This document shows positions 7,718 to 12,810 of a DNA stretch of 13,705 nucleotides, piece after piece. Positions within the stretch are counted from its first letter, which is position 1; every line of letters starts with the position of its first letter. Origin of the DNA: a virus (lineage: Duplodnaviria > Heunggongvirae > Uroviricota > Caudoviricetes); IMG/VR virus record IMGVR_UViG_3300036715_001196, positions 64,001-77,705 of that record, one strand, 5' to 3'. The position numbers and the translations under genes were made by a program. The notes below the pieces were generated by a model that saw only the letters and a program-made list of their open reading frames with translations, made no database searches and was not told the origin of the DNA.

Positions 7718-7748
7718 ATGGGCTGCTTATGTAGCCCATATTGTTTTT
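7713..7748 (+). terminator. Intrinsic terminator
   Basis: ACAATATGGGCTGC-ttat-GTAGCCCATATTGT (14 bp, one G-U) followed by TTTT. Confidence 0.75.
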
Positions 7749-7763
7749 ATAAAGAGTAATAGA

Positions 7764-8012
7764 ATGATTAAAATACTTATAGTAGGTTTCCTAATCGGAA
7801 CATGGTACGGTATCTTTACCTCGGAGCTTGCAGGGTCTTTGATCTGTATTACATCCGCAATACTAGCATACTATGCAGAGGCATATCCTATAAAACAAAG
7901 GCACACTCGTAAGCATGCCCCTAGTCAGCCCAACACACTGCAACTGCTTGACGAGCAGTGTTGTGAGTCGTCAAGCTTAAATTCTGACCCTAGGTTTCCA
8001 ACCCAAAAGTGA
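7764..8012 (+). CDS. Putative membrane protein, 82 aa
   Basis: Two hydrophobic N-terminal segments. Promoter 7689-7717; RBS is weak (AAAGAG). Confidence 0.6.
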   Translation: MIKILIVGFLIGTWYGIFTSELAGSLICITSAILAYYAEAYPIKQRHTRKHAPSQPNTLQLLDEQCCESSSLNSDPRFPTQK

Positions 8013-8091
8013 AAACCAGATTTGGTTTTTAAAATTGGAAATTTAATTCCAAATCCTATGCGAAAATCTTGCCTATAGGTCTAAACAGGTA

Positions 8092-8120
8092 TTGACCTAA
8101 GTCCCTTTGTGTCATATAAT
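8092..8120 (+). promoter_or_regulatory. sigma70-type promoter
   Basis: TTGACC-17-TATAAT followed by the cassette leader. Confidence 0.85.
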
Positions 8121-8150
8121 TACTACATATTAAACAAACAGGAGCATAAC

Positions 8151-8363
8151 ATGGCACAATTTTTATTAGTATCAACTGAGCAACGGCTTGCAATATTGAA
8201 GCGTTCGTTATCGACATTTATTGATCGATGTGAAGGTACTGAATGGGAGGCTGATATTAACGCAGCACAGACTATGTTAGATGAGTTACAGTCTAACACT
8301 GACGTAACAACAGCTACATCTGCAGTCCTTAGTAATTGGTGTGATACTGTACCTGCACAATGA
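8151..8363 (+). CDS. Hypothetical protein, 70 aa (start reassigned from 8109)
   Basis: Cassette leader with AGGAG and ATG 8151 exactly 30 nt after TATAAT 8115-8120. Confidence 0.8.
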   Translation: MAQFLLVSTEQRLAILKRSLSTFIDRCEGTEWEADINAAQTMLDELQSNTDVTTATSAVLSNWCDTVPAQ

Positions 8364-8436
8364 CGCGCTAGTATTCTATATTCCACAAATTTATTGTAAT
8401 ATAGCAACCAAAGTAGCCAAATGAATGCCTGAATAC

Positions 8437-8464
8437 TTGACTACTTTTATTTTGACTGTATAAT
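8437..8464 (+). promoter_or_regulatory. sigma70-type promoter with no downstream gene
   Basis: TTGACT-16-TATAAT. Confidence 0.6.
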
Positions 8465-8470
8465 ATAGAT

Positions 8471-8586
8471 ATTCTATATATTCACATAGGCACTACGTAT
8501 CTCGTCTACCGGAACAGGGGTTAGCCGATCTCTACAAGGGGTAGTTGGAACAGTATTCGAAAGGATGTGTTCCGACTATTTTTTTT
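8471..8586 (+). ncRNA. Candidate ~115-nt non-coding RNA
   Basis: Promoter 8437-8464 followed by a stretch with no ATG or RBS-led ORF, ending in a GAAA-loop hairpin plus T8. The 5' end is estimated. Confidence 0.45.
8542..8586 (+). terminator. Intrinsic terminator
   Basis: TAGTTGGAACA...GAAA loop...TGTTCCGACTA followed by T8. Confidence 0.75.
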
Positions 8587-8680
8587 GGATTATGTTTCAG
8601 GATTTGAAAATCTAGATTGGGAGTATAGTATAGGTTGGGTAGTGTATTGCTGTATAGCATTCACACTCCTAGGTTTTCAA

Positions 8681-8713
8681 TCCTACATCGAATTCCTACA
8701 TCGAATTCCTACA
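8681..8713. repeat. 13-nt tandem repeat TCCTACATCGAAT x2.5
   Basis: Units start at 8681, 8694 and 8707 (partial). Confidence 0.9.
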
Positions 8714-8740
8714 AAGGTACTGTAGTAAGCACTTACTTTG

Positions 8741-8869
8741 GTACCTCACACCTCGCGGCCTATCATCTAGGGAAAATTTGCGAGGTTGACCAACAACTGC
8801 TGTACCTCACACCTCGCGGCCTATCATCTAGGGAAAATTTGCGAGGTTGATCAATGGCTGTACCTCACA
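8741..8869. repeat. Identical 49-nt direct repeat x2 (period 61) plus a partial third copy
   Basis: GTACCTCACACCTCGCGGCCTATCATCTAGGGAAAATTTGCGAGGTTGA at 8741-8789 and 8802-8850; GTACCTCACA again at 8860-8869. Confidence 0.93.
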
Positions 8870-8944
8870 ACGAACTAATAGGTTGGTCGTGTGTTACCCG
8901 TGAAGTACAGCCACAAGAATACAGCATTGCAAAGTATTCAGTCA

Positions 8945-8974
8945 CAAATAAAGCCCCTTGCGGGGCTTTATTTG
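8945..8974 (-). terminator. Intrinsic terminator, probably bidirectional
   Basis: Perfect 13-bp stem CAAATAAAGCCCC/GGGGCTTTATTTG with a GCAA loop on the - strand, 7 nt past the stop of 8982..9389. Confidence 0.88.
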
Positions 8975-8981
8975 CTTTCTG

Positions 8982-9389
8982 TTACGCTTTGACTAATGCA
9001 GCTTTCTTTGTCTTTGCAGCTTTTTCGATCGCTGCATCTGCTTCTGCTTCTGTTACACCAAGCAAGACAAGTGAATTATCTTTCTTTTTGTACACATTAA
9101 ACAGCTTTACTGCTGGCGCTGTTTCAATAACTTCTGCTACTTTCTTTTTGCGCCCGCCGTTATTTTTGCCTTCGGGGCGGCCTAAACCAACTACAAGCTC
9201 GGGATGTGCAGCTTTGCACTGTTTGAATGCGAAATTGTAGTGTGTTGCTGCCGCTGCTCGCGTGCAATCAAATTCCAGTTCTAACCAAGCAAGAATCTCT
9301 TTACGGAAACGTGTGTTGCCGAGTTCTGCACGTTGTGGCAACATTTCCATAAATTTGTTGTTTGCTGCTGGGCGAATACCTTTGTCCAT
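8982..9389 (-). CDS. Hypothetical protein, 135 aa (MDKGIRPAANNKF...; start reassigned from 9452), sharing a helical motif with 2927..3445
   Basis: AAGGAG RBS and a consensus promoter upstream on the - strand; terminator 8945-8974 downstream. Confidence 0.88.
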   Translation of the reverse strand: MDKGIRPAANNKFMEMLPQRAELGNTRFRKEILAWLELEFDCTRAAAATHYNFAFKQCKAAHPELVVGLGRPEGKNNGGRKKKVAEVIETAPAVKLFNVYKKKDNSLVLLGVTEAEADAAIEKAAKTKKAALVKA

Positions 9390-9420
9390 TTTACTACTCC
9401 TTATGTGTTTGTGTATCAAA

Positions 9421-9449
9421 ATTATACTGCGAATGGAACTACTTGTCAA
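9421..9449 (-). promoter_or_regulatory. sigma70-type promoter (- strand, proximal)
   Basis: TTGACA-17-TATAAT on the reverse complement. Confidence 0.92.
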
Positions 9450-9666
9450 CAACTATTTGCATTTATTTTTGCATCTAGTTAAGGAGTTGTATTTCCTAAC
9501 TCCATGTATTGATTATATAGATAGTAGTTCCACGTGTCAACCACTATTTTACCAAAATTTAAATTATTTTTAAATCGTGCAGCTTATGCTCGTCAATCAT
9601 GTTTGTCGTCGCGAGGTGTACTCTGCTAGTAAAATAAATGCAAATAGTAGTTGACAAGTAGTTCCA
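9434..9666. repeat. 36-bp inverted repeat (35/36 identical): 9434-9469 and 9631-9666
   Basis: AAAATAAATGCAAATAGT(T/A)GTTGACAAGTAGTTCCA, covering the upstream A-tract and -35 of two divergent promoters. Confidence 0.9.
9512..9540 (-). promoter_or_regulatory. sigma70-type promoter (- strand, distal)
   Basis: TTGACA-17-TATAAT on the reverse complement. Confidence 0.85.
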
Positions 9667-9679
9667 GGTATCATATAAT
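9651..9679 (+). promoter_or_regulatory. sigma70-type promoter
   Basis: TTGACA-17-TATAAT with an A-rich upstream tract. Confidence 0.92.
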
Positions 9680-9709
9680 TACTACACATTAAACAAACAG
9701 GAGTAGAAA

Positions 9710-10153
9710 ATGTCTAATCCATGGGATCACTTACCAAATGCGAAACACATTGATGCCATAATTGCATCAGTTGAAGCACACCCAGAAGAATGGGCTGCGG
9801 CGCGGACTGCGGCTCGGGTTGCGGCGTGGGATGCGGCAAGGAATGCGGTGTGGAATGCGGCATATAGTGCGGCGTGTGATGCGGCAAGGAATGCGGAGTG
9901 GAATGCGGCAGGTGGTGCGGCGGCGGATGCGGCAAGTAGTGCGGCAAGTAGTGCGGCATATTATGCAGCAAGGGGCGCAGCGGGGGATGCAATCATTGCC
10001 CTTATCGCGTATGATGATTGCGCATATATGATCGACTCAAATCCGGGCGAGCTTGAAATACTTGCTAAATTCGGTAATGAAAAAGCAATTTTATTATTAC
10101 CTGCATGTAATGCATTTGCAGCTATTAAGATACATAAACCAGTTATTGCTTGA
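9710..10153 (+). CDS. Ala-Ala-X-X module protein, 147 aa, 16 modules; orphan copy 5.3 kb from the main array
   Basis: AGGAG RBS, promoter 9651-9679, conserved termini. Confidence 0.92.
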   Translation: MSNPWDHLPNAKHIDAIIASVEAHPEEWAAARTAARVAAWDAARNAVWNAAYSAACDAARNAEWNAAGGAAADAASSAASSAAYYAARGAAGDAIIALIAYDDCAYMIDSNPGELEILAKFGNEKAILLLPACNAFAAIKIHKPVIA

Positions 10154-10178
10154 CAAATGATTCCAATTATCATATAAT
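10150..10178 (+). promoter_or_regulatory. sigma70-type promoter
   Basis: TTGACA-17-TATAAT. Confidence 0.92.
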
Positions 10179-10209
10179 TACTACACATTAAACAAACAGG
10201 GGTAACAAC

Positions 10210-10410
10210 ATGCTTAACCAAAAACAACAAGCACTAAGTCTATTAGCCCAATCTAAAGCGGCAATGGACAATGCCATAATATTGTTTAATCAAGCTGCTG
10301 ATGCTGTAGCTGACTTGGATTTAGACTTCGATGAAGACCCGTGCTATGCTGCTAGCGAGTTTGAACAACACATAAATGATTTTCGAGATGTATTAAATAA
10401 TGATCGATAA
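10210..10410 (+). CDS. Small acidic helical protein, 66 aa
   Basis: AGGGG RBS, promoter 10150-10178. Confidence 0.8.
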   Translation: MLNQKQQALSLLAQSKAAMDNAIILFNQAADAVADLDLDFDEDPCYAASEFEQHINDFRDVLNNDR

Positions 10411-10443
10411 CTGAAAGTAAGTGTGCTATAATGCACTTACTTT
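10404..10443 (+). promoter_or_regulatory. Extended -10 promoter inside a 10-bp inverted repeat
   Basis: TCGATA-17-TATAAT with TGn; AAAGTAAGTG/CACTTACTTT. Confidence 0.78.
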
Positions 10444-10462
10444 GAAAGTTTAGGAGTGCAGT

Positions 10463-10660
10463 ATGAAACTATGTGGGCACAGTCGCAGCGACAAACTAGA
10501 ATGCAAGTACGGTTGCTGTACAGGAAAACCTAGCAAGATGAAAAATTGCCGTAGTATTGTAGATAAAGTTAATCGTAAAACAGCTCGTCAAGAAGCAAAA
10601 AAAGCACAAGACTGCAACATTAGCAAACAGTTCGAGGAAGACGATTATGAAAATAATTAG
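10463..10660 (+). CDS. Small basic Cys-containing protein, 65 aa
   Basis: AGGAG RBS, extended -10 promoter at 10424-10432. Motif CKYGCC. Confidence 0.8.
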   Translation: MKLCGHSRSDKLECKYGCCTGKPSKMKNCRSIVDKVNRKTARQEAKKAQDCNISKQFEEDDYENN

Positions 10661-10865
10661 CTTACCTTCAAACGTTCGTGCTGTCAAGGCTAAGAAGCTA
10701 ACAGCAGGAATGAAGATGTATTTTCATAATTCATCGCCCATGTTTGTTAATAGCATTGATACAAACAGCGAGGGCAAAGTTGTTGTTCACTGTGGATATA
10801 CCGACGGTGACGAAGCTACTCCTATCTTGTTTAACAGCGAGGACAGGGCTTTAATTATAAATTAA
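10647..10865 (+). CDS. Hypothetical protein, 72 aa
   Basis: GAGGA RBS; overlaps the upstream gene by 14 nt. Confidence 0.75.
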   Translation: MKIISLPSNVRAVKAKKLTAGMKMYFHNSSPMFVNSIDTNSEGKVVVHCGYTDGDEATPILFNSEDRALIIN

Positions 10866-10868
10866 TGG

Positions 10869-10909
10869 TTGACAGTTGGGAGTATCTATGTAATAATATA
10901 GACACTAAC
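10869..10909 (+). promoter_or_regulatory. sigma70-type promoter with the -10 inside an inverted repeat
   Basis: TTGACA-17-AATAAT with TGn; AGTATCTAT/ATAGACACT (8/9). Confidence 0.72.
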
Positions 10910-10928
10910 ACACTGAAGGAGAAACAAA

Positions 10929-11216
10929 ATGGCTTACAAAGTTCCGGGCACTAAATGCGATCCAAGCTTAGAAACTTGTTCAGCTCAAGGTCGTTGTACT
11001 TTTGAACTTAAAGCAGCAGCAGCAGAAGCTGGTTTGCCGTTGCGTAACTTCTCAATAAGCTATCCGTCACATCGCCGTATTCGTAAAGCGGCTAAGCGTT
11101 ATGATACAGGCATGCCTGCTATCGGGAACTTTGAGCGTAGCATCTACAAGATGTTCCGCGATTTCGAAGCTGAGTTTAGAGCAGAATTTATTGATAAGCC
11201 GATATTCTCTGGTTGA
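10929..11216 (+). CDS. Hypothetical protein, 95 aa
   Basis: AAGGAG RBS, promoter 10869-10897. Confidence 0.82.
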   Translation: MAYKVPGTKCDPSLETCSAQGRCTFELKAAAAEAGLPLRNFSISYPSHRRIRKAAKRYDTGMPAIGNFERSIYKMFRDFEAEFRAEFIDKPIFSG

Positions 11217-11252
11217 CAGTTGGATGCTAGTGTGTTATAGTAGCACACTAGC
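11213..11252 (+). promoter_or_regulatory. sigma70-type promoter with the -10 inside an inverted repeat
   Basis: TTGACA-17-TATAGT with TGn; GCTAGTGTG/CACACTAGC (9/9). Confidence 0.85.
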
Positions 11253-11264
11253 TTAGGAGCTATC

Positions 11265-11417
11265 ATGAATAGTTACAGAAAGACGCAGTATGTTTTACAT
11301 GTCCTCAGGGGTTTGCGGCAGAAGTTTAAGCCGTTGTCCGAGAAGCAGTATAATGCACTATGCAACAGAATTGAGTTAAGTATTTTTGTAGATGGTTTAA
11401 AAATTGTCAAAAAGTAG
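11265..11417 (+). CDS. Small basic protein, 50 aa (MNSYRKTQYVLHVLRGLRQKFKPLSEKQYNALCNRIELSIFVDGLKIVKK)
   Basis: AGGAG 11255-11259, promoter 11213-11241. Similar to 12679..12810. Translated by hand. Confidence 0.78.
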   Translation: MNSYRKTQYVLHVLRGLRQKFKPLSEKQYNALCNRIELSIFVDGLKIVKK

Positions 11418-11454
11418 TTGACATTGGTAAGTAGTTGTACTATAATGTACTTAC
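11418..11454 (+). promoter_or_regulatory. sigma70-type promoter with the -10 inside an inverted repeat
   Basis: TTGACA-17-TATAAT; GTAAGTA/TACTTAC. Confidence 0.9.
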
Positions 11455-11500
11455 TGAACAAGTAGTTCATTCCGTAGTTAAACTTTTAAGGAGTAGTAAA

Positions 11501-11704
11501 ATGAAGAAATTATTTTTGTTGGTTGCTATGTTTGCTGTTATGGTATCCCCTTTCTCAGCATTTGCTGGCTCGAACACAATGCCACCAAAGCCGCCAGTGT
11601 ATGGTAAAGTTGGTTGCCAAGCAGACGGCACATTCACCCTCGTCACTTACACGTTGCATGGTGTAACATACACTGTCAAGTTGCCACATTACAAGTGCTA
11701 TTAA
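11501..11704 (+). CDS. Small exported protein with a Sec-type signal peptide, 67 aa (start reassigned from 11435)
   Basis: AAGGAG RBS. MKK, hydrophobic core, then AFA|G cleavage motif. Two Cys in the mature part. Confidence 0.8.
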   Translation: MKKLFLLVAMFAVMVSPFSAFAGSNTMPPKPPVYGKVGCQADGTFTLVTYTLHGVTYTVKLPHYKCY

Positions 11705-11723
11705 TCTAGCAACAACTTAAAAG

Positions 11724-11747
11724 AAGCAGGCTACGGTCTGCTTTTTT
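11724..11747 (+). terminator. Intrinsic terminator with a C(UACG)G tetraloop
   Basis: AAGCAGGC-TACG-GTCTGCTT followed by TTTT. Confidence 0.88.
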
Positions 11748-11816
11748 AATGGACACAAGTACCTCGGAACCTAGCCGTAGGTCCATATATAAATTGTGAG
11801 ATACTTAAAATAGTGC

Positions 11817-11855
11817 TTGACAGGTAGGGACATTTCATCTACAATGTACTTACCT
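11817..11855 (+). promoter_or_regulatory. sigma70-type promoter with the -10 inside an inverted repeat
   Basis: TTGACA-17-TACAAT; AGGTAGGGACATT/AATGTACTTACCT (11/13 Watson-Crick). Confidence 0.85.
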
Positions 11856-11875
11856 TAACTTAATTGGAGTACAGT

Positions 11876-12109
11876 ATGTCTACTACTATCCCTACAGAAC
11901 AGCGCGTAAGCTTTCTTATTGCTACATACAGCGAAGGTGGGTATGAAGCTGCACAAATCACAAAAAAGAACCCATTGTACTACATAACCGAGCTTGAAGA
12001 TATAGGCCCAATGTATATTATGGATGATTACGGCAACACTGTAAAAGTCGACTGGGACATACACGCACAACAATGCGTTGCATACCCGCCGCTTAACGCA
12101 TTAACATAG
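11876..12109 (+). CDS. Hypothetical protein, 77 aa (start reassigned from 11864)
   Basis: GGAG RBS; ATG 30 nt after TACAAT 11840-11845. Confidence 0.78.
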   Translation: MSTTIPTEQRVSFLIATYSEGGYEAAQITKKNPLYYITELEDIGPMYIMDDYGNTVKVDWDIHAQQCVAYPPLNALT

Positions 12110-12181
12110 TCTTATGTACACGCCTTTTGTATGCAGACACTGGGCTGCATACGTTGCGGCAGGGGCTACAAAATAAAGGAC

Positions 12182-12207
12182 AAAAAGCAGGCTACGGTCT
12201 GCTTTTT
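12182..12207 (+). terminator. Intrinsic terminator, duplicate of 11724-11747
   Basis: AAAAAGCAGGC-TACG-GTCTGCTTTTT. Confidence 0.88.
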
Positions 12208-12350
12208 AATGGCCACAAGTATCTCGGAACTACTAACAGAGCTAGTCGAGCCATAGTTGTGAGGTATATAAGCCTTTAACTGATCCTACCTCGGAACTTA
12301 TATAACCTAACCTAAGGTTATGCTTTGTCTTCGAGAGTATAAAATAAAGG

Positions 12351-12390
12351 TTGACTACTGGAAATATTTCATTTATACTATATTTACAGT
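12351..12390 (+). promoter_or_regulatory. sigma70-type promoter with the -10 inside an inverted repeat
   Basis: TTGACT-17-TATACT; ACTGGAAATAT/ATATTTACAGT (10/11). Confidence 0.82.
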
Positions 12391-12409
12391 GAAACAATAG
12401 GAGTACAAA

Positions 12410-12616
12410 ATGTCACAAGATGCTGATCTTTCAACAGAGGAAATTCAAAAATATACTAACATAGTATCGCTTGAAAATAGTGGTGCATACATTACTCCTA
12501 CCGAGAAGCAATGGATGCTTGACCTTGCGAAACGTTTGCGTATTCCTGTCCCTGTGCAGCAGGCTTATATAGCTGGGAAGATGGGCTACAATATCGAAGG
12601 TCTAACTGTAATTTAA
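12410..12616 (+). CDS. Hypothetical protein, 68 aa
   Basis: AGGAG RBS, promoter 12351-12379. Confidence 0.82.
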   Translation: MSQDADLSTEEIQKYTNIVSLENSGAYITPTEKQWMLDLAKRLRIPVPVQQAYIAGKMGYNIEGLTVI

Positions 12617-12619
12617 TTG

Positions 12620-12657
12620 TTGGCAAGTGGAGGTAAGTGCGTTACAATGTACTTACT
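12620..12657 (+). promoter_or_regulatory. sigma70-type promoter with the -10 inside an inverted repeat
   Basis: TTGGCA-17-TACAAT; GGTAAGTGC/GTACTTACT (7 Watson-Crick + 2 G-T). Confidence 0.75.
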
Positions 12658-12678
12658 TTAACACACAAGGAGTATAAC

Positions 12679-12810
12679 ATGTCCGGATTTGATTTAGTAC
12701 GTTACAGCGCACACTTAGCACGCGCAGTCTTGCAAGGCTTTAAACCACTCAGTGCTTCACAGTTTGCTATGCGTGTTTCTAAAATTAAATTCAACTCAAC
12801 TAATTGTTGA
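12679..12810 (+). CDS. Small protein, 43 aa (MSGFDLVRYSAHLARAVLQGFKPLSASQFAMRVSKIKFNSTNC)
   Basis: AAGGAG RBS, promoter 12620-12648. Similar to 11265..11417. The stop lies in the next TTGACA. Confidence 0.78.
   Translation: MSGFDLVRYSAHLARAVLQGFKPLSASQFAMRVSKIKFNSTNC

Noticed and set aside
8635-9240. ORFs 8635..8850 and 8854..9240 (+)
   Set aside because: The first runs through non-coding repeats. The second crosses a terminator and is antisense to a well-supported gene. Neither has an RBS.
9262-9573. ORF 9262..9573 (+)
   Set aside because: Antisense to the 9389 gene and its two promoters; no RBS.
282-10000. Diversity-generating retroelement: variable codons are mostly NNT and NGG, as adenine-specific mutagenesis of AGG-AAT would produce
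   Set aside because: There is no reverse transcriptase or invariant template repeat in the window. Module number varies, which DGRs do not cause. Non-adenine positions also vary (GCG to GTG/ACG, GCA to GAA). A genome-wide search for an RT and a template repeat would settle it.
250-10031. + strand MRQG/MRHG-repeat ORFs overlapping the module genes (250, 713, 1203, 2273, 3994, 9762)
   Set aside because: These are shadow frames of the 12-nt GCGGCA module, which has no stop in that frame. They lack an RBS, and the cassette RBS points to the Ala-rich frame.
259-10230. - strand PHPL-repeat and Ala/Ser-rich ORFs antisense to the module genes
   Set aside because: Antisense shadows of the same repeat, with no promoter or RBS support.
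3047-12073. Other antisense or nested ORFs (3047, 5691, 6399, 6410, 7398, 8123, 10496, 11273, 11855) and 1579..1767
   Set aside because: They overlap genes or promoter cassettes with strong promoter and RBS support and have no signals of their own.
12129-12152. GTATGCAG/CTGCATAC 8-bp hairpin and a 20-codon ORF at 12115
   Set aside because: An isolated hairpin with no U-tract and an ORF without an RBS; too little to assign a function.
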